The position numbers were made by a program, and so were the translations under genes. The notes below the pieces were generated by a model, which ran no database searches, was not told where the DNA came from, and saw only the letters and a program-made list of their open reading frames with translations. From positions 1-39,127 of IMG/VR virus record IMGVR_UViG_3300024253_000040: DNA of 39,127 nucleotides. One strand, given 5' to 3'. Below are positions 1-8,558 of the stretch, in pieces. Origin of the DNA: a virus (lineage: Duplodnaviria; Caudoviricetes). Within the stretch, counting starts at the first letter, position 1. The number at the start of each line of letters is the position of its first letter.

Positions 1-1287
1 TTATTTTGGTCCTACATTTGGTAATGTCGGACTATTAAATTTCTCCATTTCGGTAATGCGCAAATCATCCACAATTTCTAAATACGGCTTCATACTTTCA
101 AAATCTTCATGTCCTGTCCACTTCATAACAACTTCTGTCGGAATCCCCAAGAAAATTGCATTCACTATAAATGTTCTTCTCCCGCAATGAGTTGTTAATA
201 ATTCATATTTATAATAAGTTTTTTCAATTCTCTTTGAGCCGATGAAATTTACCATTGTAACTTGCTCATTAAATTCAAGTATTTTTCCTATTTCTTTCAA
301 GAGTTTATTCATTTTTACATTCGAAGGAACAGGCATTGCAAATTCACTATTATAGTCTTTATATTTACCTAAAATTGCACGGCTATAATTGTTCATATCT
401 ATTCTCAAATCTTCGTGAGTTTTTTGAGTTACGACAGAGATATGATTTTCGTAAATATTTTCTTTTTTCAAATTTTCCACGTCAGAGAATCTTAGCGAAG
501 TAAAACAGCAAAAGCAGAATACGTCTCTCACTATGTCAAGTTCAGGGTCATCGAATATAAATTCATAAAGTTTTAAAAGTTCTTTCCAAGTCAGAAAGAT
601 TACTTTCCTTTTATCGGAAGCGCCTTTCAGGTTCGGGTGGAACGTTTCGTGCAGATCACCCGAATAGTGTTTCTTCGTTTTAGCCCATTTCAGAAACCAC
701 CTCATTTTTGATAAGTAGTTGCTGGCCGTCCTGTTTGAAATTCCTTTGGTGGCATTCTTATAACGTTTCTGAACGGATTCTTTCGACTGAAGATAGATCA
801 TAAATCCCTGAAGATCCTCTTCAGTCAAATTCATCGTTAGATTTGGATTATAATGGAATAAGTGGTTTTTCAGCGACTCGAAGTGTTTCTTTGTCCGTTC
901 ACTCCAGGTATTGTCTTTACTTGCTTGTTTTATGAATAAATCCAAAATGTCGAAAAGTGTAGCTGTCTCTAAATGTTCAACTTTTCCCACAAGGAAGTTA
1001 AATTGTTTTTTGAATTCCTCTAATGAGAGATCTTGTTTCAATAACTCTCTGACTGTATTTTCATATTTTTGAATTTCAGCATTTATCACGCTTGCTGAAA
1101 TTTTATGCTTTCCATGGGTTGTGTTTGGGATACATCGACGAGTTTCCTTGCTCCATTTTTTAGGATTTACGGTGTACGGTACAAAATGTTGAGATTGCTT
1201 ACCGTTCCATCGAACACGCATTCTTATACGTTCTTCATCTGGACGGTTATTTTTTGTTTCTAGTAAAAAAATCAGTGAGTACTTCAT
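1..1287 (-). CDS. int: Tyrosine recombinase (phage integrase)
   Basis: TSLRFSD (catalytic R), HCGRRTF (HxxR), TGH, PY catalytic Tyr. Likely start is ATG 1287 (MKYSL), an ATGA overlap with the upstream gene stop. Confidence 0.95.
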   Translation of the reverse strand: MKYSLIFLLETKNNRPDEERIRMRVRWNGKQSQHFVPYTVNPKKWSKETRRCIPNTTHGKHKISASVINAEIQKYENTVRELLKQDLSLEEFKKQFNFLVGKVEHLETATLFDILDLFIKQASKDNTWSERTKKHFESLKNHLFHYNPNLTMNLTEEDLQGFMIYLQSKESVQKRYKNATKGISNRTASNYLSKMRWFLKWAKTKKHYSGDLHETFHPNLKGASDKRKVIFLTWKELLKLYEFIFDDPELDIVRDVFCFCCFTSLRFSDVENLKKENIYENHISVVTQKTHEDLRIDMNNYSRAILGKYKDYNSEFAMPVPSNVKMNKLLKEIGKILEFNEQVTMVNFIGSKRIEKTYYKYELLTTHCGRRTFIVNAIFLGIPTEVVMKWTGHEDFESMKPYLEIVDDLRITEMEKFNSPTLPNVGPK

Positions 1288-1550
1288 GAGAACATTTTCC
1301 CTCGTCCTGTCATAATCCACTCCATGGATACGCCAAAGTCTCGAACAATATACACTATCCAAGACAGTTGAAACATTTTGCTATTTTTGTTTTTTCTTAT
1401 GCGAATAAAGTTTCTCCTATCAAGATCATACATATCTGTAAATGTTTTAATGCCACGTAACCGATTCATTGCAACGAGTTCGTCAATTGCTAAAAAGAAC
1501 CGAGTCACAATTTCGATTGAGTCTTTCTTATCTTTTGATATGTCTTCCAT
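1284..1550 (-). CDS. Small XRE/CI-N-like HTH protein
   Basis: C-terminal FGVSMEWIMTGRGKMF is typical of phage CI-type HTH domains; start and stop overlap both neighbours. Confidence 0.7.
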   Translation of the reverse strand: MEDISKDKKDSIEIVTRFFLAIDELVAMNRLRGIKTFTDMYDLDRRNFIRIRKNKNSKMFQLSWIVYIVRDFGVSMEWIMTGRGKMFS

Positions 1551-2245
1551 TAGTTCCAAATATTTTCATAATTTGCTAAAATCTTGCTGTCGTTAGAATA
1601 CCAGATTTGCGAAGCACCTCCTTGTGATCGTGTTAACTTCACCCATAAATCTCCTTTCTTATAAAGTATTCCGTTTTCAACTTTCACGTATTCGTACATT
1701 TCCGTCAATATGTTATCAGATTGACTAAACGTGTAGTTGCCCGCCCATCGTTCGACCAAATACAGCTTGTCGTCTTTAAAGAAGTAATAGTATGTGTTGT
1801 ATTTGTCGATTTCATACCTAAGCATATTGTCACTTTCGTTTATCAGCTTTCGGCTTTCTTTTGATTTTACTGATTCTTTGTTTAAACCGAATTGTAATAC
1901 TATCGGTTCTTCAATTATAAGGTCTGTTGGTGTAACAGTTATTTTGCAGGAGTCTTTTAAATTTCCTACCGTTAACACCAAGTATGTTTCTCCGATATGT
2001 CGGGCAGTAATTTTGTAGCCGTCATTATTTGTTGTAGCTGTTGCGACAAACTCATCTCTGACTTTGTAATCTACGTCACTGAGATTAATGTTTTCGACAG
2101 ATACACGCACATCCTTACTTTCACTATATCTTAAACTGATTTCTTTGTCAATTAACAATAGCTTTTTTACAGGTTCAATTTTCGGTTCTTCTTTTCCACA
2201 GGCAGTAATTAAAATTGCTGATAATATTATTAATACCTTTTTCAT
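1550..2245 (-). CDS. Lipoprotein with Ig-like region (possible superinfection exclusion or lysogenic conversion factor)
   Basis: MKKVLIILSAILITA-C lipobox then GKEE; GETYLVLTVGNLKDSCKITV is Big_2-like; lies in the repressor operon. Confidence 0.75.
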   Translation of the reverse strand: MKKVLIILSAILITACGKEEPKIEPVKKLLLIDKEISLRYSESKDVRVSVENINLSDVDYKVRDEFVATATTNNDGYKITARHIGETYLVLTVGNLKDSCKITVTPTDLIIEEPIVLQFGLNKESVKSKESRKLINESDNMLRYEIDKYNTYYYFFKDDKLYLVERWAGNYTFSQSDNILTEMYEYVKVENGILYKKGDLWVKLTRSQGGASQIWYSNDSKILANYENIWN

Positions 2246-2956
2246 TTAATCGTTTTCTTTTTTTCTCTTTTTTCGACCTGGTCGTCGATGTTCAATGATT
2301 TTATACAGGAATGCCACATCGCCAAGATTTAGTGTCATGTCAGGTTTTGCCTCTGAATTTTCCGAATGACACTCTATCTCTCCTGTTTCCAAATTGTGCG
2401 AAGTTATTTCCTTAATCATTAATCCTTTCCGACCGTGTGCAATGACAAAATCCCATTCTTCGTAAGGTAGTTGTTGTTGCCAACTGCTACGTGGAATTTC
2501 TTCACATATAACTACATCCCCACGGTCATAAATTGGCTCCATAAAGTCAGCATCGACCTCGAGCGCTAAAAATCGTGCCTTGTAGTTAATATCGGCTTCA
2601 ATTAGTATTGTAGGCATGTTTTCAAGATATTCGTCAGCATAGTAAGCATTGACGTACCCTTCTCTTGATTTTGCAGTTATTACTTTCACGGGAATATGTC
2701 CGGTGTATTCTTTTGGAATAACTTCGCTTTTCTTTGCTAACAGGATTTTGTTTGAGATAATTTCTCTACTTCTTTTTCCTATTTTGTTCACCATTCTTTC
2801 AGTAAGGAAACGCTCGTTTCCGCTTAACGCTGAAGAGATATTGTCGGCGTTATATCCAACAACATCGGCGAACTCTTTTTGCGTATGTACTATTCCGCTA
2901 TCGAGCAAATCTCTATACGACTTCTCAAGCAATCTAAGTTTTGTTTGCTTATCCAT
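2246..2956 (-). CDS. cI: CI-like repressor, HTH plus degenerate S24 domain
   Basis: N-terminal TQKEFADVVGYNADNISSAL HTH; C-terminal LEVDADFMEPIYDRGDVVIC...IKEI S24-like fold; divergent from the early operon. Confidence 0.85.
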   Translation of the reverse strand: MDKQTKLRLLEKSYRDLLDSGIVHTQKEFADVVGYNADNISSALSGNERFLTERMVNKIGKRSREIISNKILLAKKSEVIPKEYTGHIPVKVITAKSREGYVNAYYADEYLENMPTILIEADINYKARFLALEVDADFMEPIYDRGDVVICEEIPRSSWQQQLPYEEWDFVIAHGRKGLMIKEITSHNLETGEIECHSENSEAKPDMTLNLGDVAFLYKIIEHRRPGRKKRKKEND

Positions 2957-2986
2957 AATGTTAACATTCACTAAATACTTGTTAGT

Positions 2987-3004
2987 TACAATTATAAATT
3001 TGTA
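2987..3004. promoter_or_regulatory. Putative repressor operator TACAA-N8-TTGTA (upstream of cI)
   Basis: TACAA TTATAAAT TTGTA; same palindrome at 3238, 3270 and 21091. Confidence 0.65.
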
Positions 3005-3237
3005 TTGTTCTTGCCTGATAACGGAAGTAAATACAAATCATCATTTAGTTCTATAAATGAACCTCTTTGCATTGTTTATGAATGCACTAGGTATTTCATT
3101 TTTATTCATAGTAGTTCCACAAATTTTTTAAACATTCACGAAACCCTTTTTCAGTTTCAGCATATCAGCTTAAAGCTTATCAATAAGCTGATTTTACGTC
3201 AAATATATCCATACAAACACAGTTAAATAAAACTAAA

Positions 3238-3293
3238 TACAATGTAAATATTGTATTTAAGCTTGCAATTACAAATCATTATTTGTATATTTA
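3238..3293 (+). promoter_or_regulatory. Early rightward promoter with two TACAA-N8-TTGTA operators
   Basis: Operators at 3238-3255 and 3270-3287; CTTG at about 3262 (-33-like) and TAtaTTTA at 3286-3293 (-7-like). Confidence 0.7.
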
Positions 3294-3409
3294 CACTATC
3301 AAAATAATCACTTTGGCAAAGATAGTTAAAGTTATGAAAGAGCAAAAGTAATGAACAGTTAAAGCAATTAAAAATAGTCCTCTTAGGCTATTTAAAGAAC
3401 TTAATCAAT

Positions 3410-3673
3410 ATGAGCTACAAGTACGACAATGCAAAAATGAATTTCGAAGCACTTACTCAGGAGCTTGAAAACCTAAAATACGGCAATCCTGAAGACATGG
3501 CTGAATTTTACAATTGCGATGAAATTGATTTGTCAGAAATGCTCAAATATTTGGAAGTAGAAATAGATAGCTACCGGAGGATAATGGAAGATGAATATGA
3601 CGAAGCCGACGAAAGTTGGTGGTCTATGGTTAACGCACGTGAGAGTGCTTGGGAAGTAAGTGTTGGTATTTAA
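3410..3673 (+). CDS. Highly acidic small early protein
   Basis: 87 aa, about 23 D/E vs 7 K/R; first gene after the early promoter. Confidence 0.8.
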   Translation: MSYKYDNAKMNFEALTQELENLKYGNPEDMAEFYNCDEIDLSEMLKYLEVEIDSYRRIMEDEYDEADESWWSMVNARESAWEVSVGI

Positions 3674-3679
3674 AAAATT

Positions 3680-3802
3680 ATGAAGAAAGAAAACAATTTA
3701 TTTGACAGGCTTCAACCGACTGGGAGGTACTATTTGGAAAATTACGTCAAAGAGAGATTTGACAGCAAGACAGTTTACTTACGCAAACGAAAAAAGAAAT
3801 GA
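3680..3802 (+). CDS. Small basic hypothetical protein (40 aa, not in ORF track)
   Basis: MKKENNLFDRLQ...LRKRKKK; ATGA overlap with the next gene. Confidence 0.55.
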   Translation: MKKENNLFDRLQPTGRYYLENYVKERFDSKTVYLRKRKKK

Positions 3803-3984
3803 CAGTTTTTGAAGAATATCAGGAAGTTTTAAAAAGCATGTCTGAACGTGTAAGTGCACAGAGAGACATTAGGAAATCGATTTTTTACAATAAATCGGAC
3901 GATGAGAAAGAGTATCGGTCAGATCTTCGTGACCTATGGAGTAAGGCAAGATTATTAAGTAACCTTATACGAGTAATGTTATGA
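3799..3984 (+). CDS. Hypothetical early protein
   Basis: 61 aa ORF with ATGA overlaps at both ends. Confidence 0.7.
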   Translation: MTVFEEYQEVLKSMSERVSAQRDIRKSIFYNKSDDEKEYRSDLRDLWSKARLLSNLIRVML

Positions 3985-4202
3985 ACAAGTTAAGAGAAAA
4001 TATGCGTAGGGCCTCATGGTGCTCAAAAGTCTTCGGAGACGCGTTTTATTTAGTCTCCACAACGATACATGACATAACACTGCAAGCTGACTACAGCTCG
4101 AAGATTGCAGCTAAAGCAGTAGGGTTGGGTTTCGACTCAAGAGTTGAAGATAATGGTTTTGTGATTTTATTTCGAGGGGTTTATAGAATCGTATTGACTT
4201 GA
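3981..4202 (+). CDS. Hypothetical early protein
   Basis: 73 aa ORF coupled to the previous gene. Confidence 0.7.
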   Translation: MNKLRENMRRASWCSKVFGDAFYLVSTTIHDITLQADYSSKIAAKAVGLGFDSRVEDNGFVILFRGVYRIVLT

Positions 4203-4323
4203 ATGCTAAATGATTGCGGAAACAGGCGTTGTGAAACGGTTGGCAGGGCGGTACAGCATTGACTGTGAGCATTTGATTGCAGCCGTCCACGATTTGAAGT
4301 GTAACTTTTTAAAATTTGAGATT

Positions 4324-4527
4324 ATGACATTAAAAGATTTTTACAAACAAATTCCAGGGCGTAATGCTCCGAAAAGTGAGTGGGTAACAATGGTTGCTGA
4401 AAAGTTAGAGGTTTCTGAAGCCACAGTTAGGGGATGGGTTCATGGACGTAACAAGCCATCACACCCGAGTTTTTATAGAGGTTTGTCAGAAGTAACAGGA
4501 ATTCCGGAAAATGAGTTATTTAATTGA
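4324..4527 (+). CDS. Cro-like XRE HTH protein
   Basis: VAEKLEVSEATVRGWVHGRNKP HTH; probable start MTLKDF (ORF track starts at 4210). Confidence 0.8.
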   Translation: MTLKDFYKQIPGRNAPKSEWVTMVAEKLEVSEATVRGWVHGRNKPSHPSFYRGLSEVTGIPENELFN

Positions 4528-5068
4528 ATTTCATACTGACTATTCGAGTGGCCAGGCATTTTATCGTTTCATTGGCGAGAGTTCTTGCCACGAGCTGAAC
4601 GAGACAGATAGGGAAATCATCTCCCTCCTTTTAGATCACTCGAAGAATTTTTATCCTGAACAATACGCAGCGTTGGAGAAAGAATATTCGAAGAGTGCTG
4701 AGAACACAATTTATTATGACTTTCTGCGAGCGAGAAGAATCATAAACTGTTGCTTCGGGATGAATGATAGTACTGTCGATTTTGACAGGGGGTGTCTCAA
4801 CTTTGAGTTAGTTAAATGTCCGCTTAAAGCTGAATGTAAATACTATAAAATTATTTGTCAGCCTAAGTTTAATTCAACCCTTTCCGAACGTGAGTTGGAG
4901 GTTATGAAGAAGTATTTTAACAATGAGAGTACCGATAGCATTGCAGAGTCTTTATTTATATCAATTCACACAGTGAGGAATCATAAGAAGAATGCATTGA
5001 AGAAGCTCGGTCTTCACTCTATCGATGAGTTTATTAATTATGCTCACAAAAACAAATTATTCAAATGA
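4511..5068 (+). CDS. LuxR/GerE-type HTH regulator with Cys-rich N-terminal region
   Basis: LSERELEVM...IAESLFISIHTVRNHKKNALKKLG; CPLKAEC...IC cluster. Confidence 0.9.
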   Translation: MSYLIEFHTDYSSGQAFYRFIGESSCHELNETDREIISLLLDHSKNFYPEQYAALEKEYSKSAENTIYYDFLRARRIINCCFGMNDSTVDFDRGCLNFELVKCPLKAECKYYKIICQPKFNSTLSERELEVMKKYFNNESTDSIAESLFISIHTVRNHKKNALKKLGLHSIDEFINYAHKNKLFK

Positions 5069-5301
5069 CAGTATTAGGTTATGAGACTGTGTTTGACACA
5101 GCCAATCGTACAATGACGCATGTTTTTCATGAGCGTCTTCAGATTACTTTAAATTTCAGGGATTTTGAAATAATCATTATGAAGGATGGTGAAATTATTC
5201 AACGATTAGATATTAAAGGTCAGCCGTTCTCATTAAATGATTATGAGGATATGTTGAATCATGCTGCTAAGGCAGTCGAAAAATTAAATATGTTCAAATG
5301 A
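5065..5301 (+). CDS. Hypothetical protein
   Basis: 78 aa, ATGA overlaps. Confidence 0.7.
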   Translation: MTVLGYETVFDTANRTMTHVFHERLQITLNFRDFEIIIMKDGEIIQRLDIKGQPFSLNDYEDMLNHAAKAVEKLNMFK

Positions 5302-5552
5302 ATACAAGAGTTATTGATCTTACAGTAAGTGAGCTTGTGGGCATTATTCGTGATAATGTTCCTGCACCAGTTGTAGAAAAAGAGAGGAAGTATGTTTACG
5401 GCATTGACGGTATCGCTGAGATATTTCAATGTTCAAGATCTACCGCACAAAGAATAAAAAATTCAGGTAGGATCAACAAGGCAATATCACAGGTTGGTCG
5501 TAAGATTACTGTTGACGTTGAGAAAGCATTAGAGTTACGAAAATTAAAGTAA
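5298..5552 (+). CDS. DUF3853-like winged-helix protein (excisionase-like)
   Basis: YVYGIDGIAEIFQCSRSTAQRIKNSGRINKAISQVGRKITVD. Confidence 0.8.
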   Translation: MNTRVIDLTVSELVGIIRDNVPAPVVEKERKYVYGIDGIAEIFQCSRSTAQRIKNSGRINKAISQVGRKITVDVEKALELRKLK

Positions 5553-5556
5553 AACC

Positions 5557-6261
5557 ATGAAAGAAATCAGATTATTAAAAGCAGATGAGATTGAGTGCCG
5601 GGTGCACTCAATCACAGAGAAAGGTTGTGTTCTTCTACTTTACAAGGATGCAAGAACAGACATGAATTTACTCGATGAGACTTTTGGCAGAAACAATTGG
5701 CAGAGGTATCATGAGGTTATCAATGGCAATTTGTATTGCAATATTGAGATTTGGGATGAAGCAAAGAAGTGTTGGGTTCGGAAACAGGACGTAGGAGTCG
5801 AGTCCAGGATGGAAGCTGAGAAAGGTCAAGCTTCGGATGCTTTCAAAAGGGCAGGATTCAATATAGGTATAGGTAGAGAACTTTATACTGCACCGTTCAT
5901 TTGGATAAACCTTTCTTCGGAGGAAGTTGACATCAGGAATGGTAAACCAATCTTAAAGTCCAAGGTTAAGTTTTCCGTTTCAGATATCAAGTACCAAGAT
6001 CGTGTGATATCCGATTTGTCGATTATCGACCAAGACCTAACAGTAAGGTATGATATGAAGAAAAAAATAAAAGCTCCTGTTAGTACCAAGCGAACGATCG
6101 AAGCCGATTTGAAAGCCGCACTTAAGAGAGTAGATGAGTGTGAGACAATCGGTGCTCTTGAAAAGGTATGGAAAGACAATAAGCAGCTTTGGACTCTAAA
6201 GGCTTTTAAGGATAAGGTCAACCATGTCAAATCAAAGTTAGAGGGCAATGAAGCAGCTTAG
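5557..6261 (+). CDS. Rad52/Sak-family single-strand annealing recombinase
   Basis: YKDARTDMNLLDETFG.NNWQ...EKGQASDAFKRAGFNIGIGRELY. Confidence 0.85.
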   Translation: MKEIRLLKADEIECRVHSITEKGCVLLLYKDARTDMNLLDETFGRNNWQRYHEVINGNLYCNIEIWDEAKKCWVRKQDVGVESRMEAEKGQASDAFKRAGFNIGIGRELYTAPFIWINLSSEEVDIRNGKPILKSKVKFSVSDIKYQDRVISDLSIIDQDLTVRYDMKKKIKAPVSTKRTIEADLKAALKRVDECETIGALEKVWKDNKQLWTLKAFKDKVNHVKSKLEGNEAA

Positions 6262-7138
6262 AAACAGTGGAGTTGTATTTATTGAAAATGATTACGAGCG
6301 GAAATATCTTTTAGGAGACAAGGAATTGAGTGGAATTACAGGCATAATATCCAAGCACCTTTTTCCAGATGAATATTCGAAAGTACCTGCGCATGTACTT
6401 AAAAATGCATCAAAACGTGGTACCAGGATTCACGATGATACCTTCACGTATGACATGTTTGGTACGACCAACAGCGAGGAAGCTCGATGGTACGCTGACT
6501 TAAAAGAGAAAGTAGGCTTTGACGTAATCGATAATGAGTATTTGGTTTCCGATTTAAAACATTTTGCTTCAGCGATCGACAAGGTGTTGTTGATAAACAA
6601 TAAATATTACTTGTGCGACATGAAAACGACATACAGGTTAAACAGACCTAAGTTGTCGTGGCAGTTATCCATACTGAAATACTTTTTCAATATCATAAAT
6701 CCCGGCATCGAGGTCGCCGGTTTGACGGCAATCTGGGTGCGTGATGGTGCTACGTTTCATGAAATCGATGAAGTGCCTCTGGACGAAGTTGAAAGATTGT
6801 TGGAGTGTGAGGTAAGTGGTACAAAGTACACGAGAGCTGTAATGAAAGGAGAGGTTGAAGCATTACATCTTATCAAGGAATTGTCTGAGATAGCTTCGGA
6901 AATCAAGCGTTTGGATGATTTGAAGAAAGACTACAATTCCAGGATTGAGAAACTTTTCAAGGATACCGGACTTGTCAGTTGGGATAATGATTTTTTCACT
7001 ATTTCCAAGTCGAAAGACTATACAAGAAAGGGATTCGATTCGAAAAAATTTGAAAAGGACAACCCTGAGTTATATGCGAAATACGTGAAAGATATTCAGG
7101 TAAAAGGGAGTATAACCACAAAATTAAAAATGGTATGA
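6248..7138 (+). CDS. PD-(D/E)xK exonuclease (recombination partner)
   Basis: GTRIH, ASAIDKV, LCDMKT, WQLSI motifs; adjacent to the annealase. Confidence 0.8.
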   Translation: MKQLRNSGVVFIENDYERKYLLGDKELSGITGIISKHLFPDEYSKVPAHVLKNASKRGTRIHDDTFTYDMFGTTNSEEARWYADLKEKVGFDVIDNEYLVSDLKHFASAIDKVLLINNKYYLCDMKTTYRLNRPKLSWQLSILKYFFNIINPGIEVAGLTAIWVRDGATFHEIDEVPLDEVERLLECEVSGTKYTRAVMKGEVEALHLIKELSEIASEIKRLDDLKKDYNSRIEKLFKDTGLVSWDNDFFTISKSKDYTRKGFDSKKFEKDNPELYAKYVKDIQVKGSITTKLKMV

Positions 7139-7581
7139 AGCTGAATTTGCTAAATACGAAACAAGGCCTTATTCCTGTTTACGATGACGATTTCGAGGAG
7201 AAAAAAAAGTTGAAGCTCGGTGAGGTTTACCGATCTAATATCGTTTTATTCAGAAATTATGAATTTCACAAAAAGTTCTTCGCTTTAATAAACTGTGCTT
7301 TTGAATATCTAAGTGAAGAACAAACTGAGCGATTGGGTGGAGATAATAAATTTGGTCGGGATAACTTCAGGAAAGAAATGCTAAAAGCAGCAGGTGTTTC
7401 CAACACGTACTATTCTGTTGTTCGGAATGAGTTAGTTGTTGAAGCTAAGTCGATAGCTTTTGACAAAATGGATAATGCTGAGTTCCAGGACGTATACGAT
7501 GCAGTTAAAAACGCTATTTTTCGTACTGTTCTTTATGGAATCTCAGAAGATGAATTCAATCGTAATTTGATCAACTTTTAG
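7135..7581 (+). CDS. DUF1367/NinB-like protein
   Basis: RNYEFHKKFFAL...AKSIAFDKMDNAEFQDVY. Confidence 0.8.
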   Translation: MKLNLLNTKQGLIPVYDDDFEEKKKLKLGEVYRSNIVLFRNYEFHKKFFALINCAFEYLSEEQTERLGGDNKFGRDNFRKEMLKAAGVSNTYYSVVRNELVVEAKSIAFDKMDNAEFQDVYDAVKNAIFRTVLYGISEDEFNRNLINF

Positions 7582-7583
7582 TT

Positions 7584-7814
7584 ATGTATTTATTTGATTT
7601 TTCAGAAACTAAAAAGAGACGAGTTTATATCCGTGATGCGAAAGGTCGGTTTTGCACAAAATCCGATGCAGAGATCTCGCATTTGAAGAAAGAGATTTTT
7701 AAGCTCCAACGCAGAAATTTGTATTTGAACAATGAAGCGGAGAAATATCAGAGGATGGCGCTTTCATTATCGAAGCGACTTTCAGGTAAATTCCCAACAA
7801 ACAAAGATGAATAG
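7584..7814 (+). CDS. Hypothetical protein
   Basis: 76 aa; RDAKGRF motif followed by a coiled coil. Confidence 0.65.
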   Translation: MYLFDFSETKKRRVYIRDAKGRFCTKSDAEISHLKKEIFKLQRRNLYLNNEAEKYQRMALSLSKRLSGKFPTNKDE

Positions 7815-7862
7815 CTTGAATAATAGTTGTTTAAATAGTTAAATTAATTATTATTAATACCT

Positions 7863-7899
7863 AAAAGTGTGTTTAATAAACACATATTTTGTAAGTTTA
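7863..7899 (+). promoter_or_regulatory. Module promoter with GTGTGT-N7-ACACA palindrome (replication module)
   Basis: AAAAGTGTGT ttaataa ACACAT, then TAagTTTA at 7892-7899. Confidence 0.65.
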
Positions 7900-7903
7900 C
7901 TCA

Positions 7904-8027
7904 TGGAAACGTTCACTCAGGAAAAAAAGTATTTTATCATTTCCCTTTGTGGGCAAAAAACTGTCGGTGCATTATCCTGATATGCGTTTCCACCCGGCAG
8001 TTTTTTTGCTCCCCATTGGGTTTTTTT
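7904..8027 (+). ncRNA. Structured leader RNA / terminator-attenuator
   Basis: 7953-7967 pairs with 7994-8009; outer stem ends in a T7 run (8021-8027); 7904-7922 is complementary to loop 7975-7992. Confidence 0.55.
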
Positions 8028-8054
8028 AACAATAAATTTGCATAATGAAATTAA

Positions 8055-8558
8055 ATGTTTAGTAGAACTGTAAAAATAAGGAATGGGGACTACTTCTCAT
8101 ATTATCAATATTATATATGTGATGTATGCAATAAAGAAATTGGAGAATCTAGTCCACATTACGCTAATGGGAATTATCACTCCTGTCCTGAATGTGCATT
8201 TTTGAACGGTGATATTGATGAAAGAAAATTTCACTCATTAATGCTCGCACCCGATAACTACACGTTCAGCTACGTTGATAGTAAGTTTATTTGGCATCCG
8301 AAAAACACAAGGCCACCATGGTTAAGGAATAACCGACAGCAAAGGGATTCAATTGCTTATAGGAACTGGAGAGACAGTGTGTACAAAAGAGATAGCTATA
8401 CTTGTCAGCATTGCAGGAAAGTAGGTGGTGAGCTTAATGCACATCACATTAAATCTTACAAAGATTTTCCGAAACTAAGACTTGATGTTGATAATGGATT
8501 AACTCTGTGTAGAGAATGTCATTTGAACGAGCATAGAAAGGGTGTTGATTATGGCTAA
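8055..8558 (+). CDS. HNH endonuclease with N-terminal Zn finger
   Basis: CDVC..CPEC; RDSYTCQHC...LNAHHIK...NGLTLCRECH. Confidence 0.9.
   Translation: MFSRTVKIRNGDYFSYYQYYICDVCNKEIGESSPHYANGNYHSCPECAFLNGDIDERKFHSLMLAPDNYTFSYVDSKFIWHPKNTRPPWLRNNRQQRDSIAYRNWRDSVYKRDSYTCQHCRKVGGELNAHHIKSYKDFPKLRLDVDNGLTLCRECHLNEHRKGVDYG

Noticed and set aside
1288-1362. Longer integrase N-terminus in the ORF track
   Set aside because: Overlaps the upstream HTH gene; ATG 1287 gives a clean ATGA coupling
3005-3226. 73-aa ORF in the switch region
   Set aside because: TTG start, lies upstream of the predicted early promoter, no motifs
4246-4290. tRNA gene
   Set aside because: Too short, lacks a proper D arm and anticodon arm
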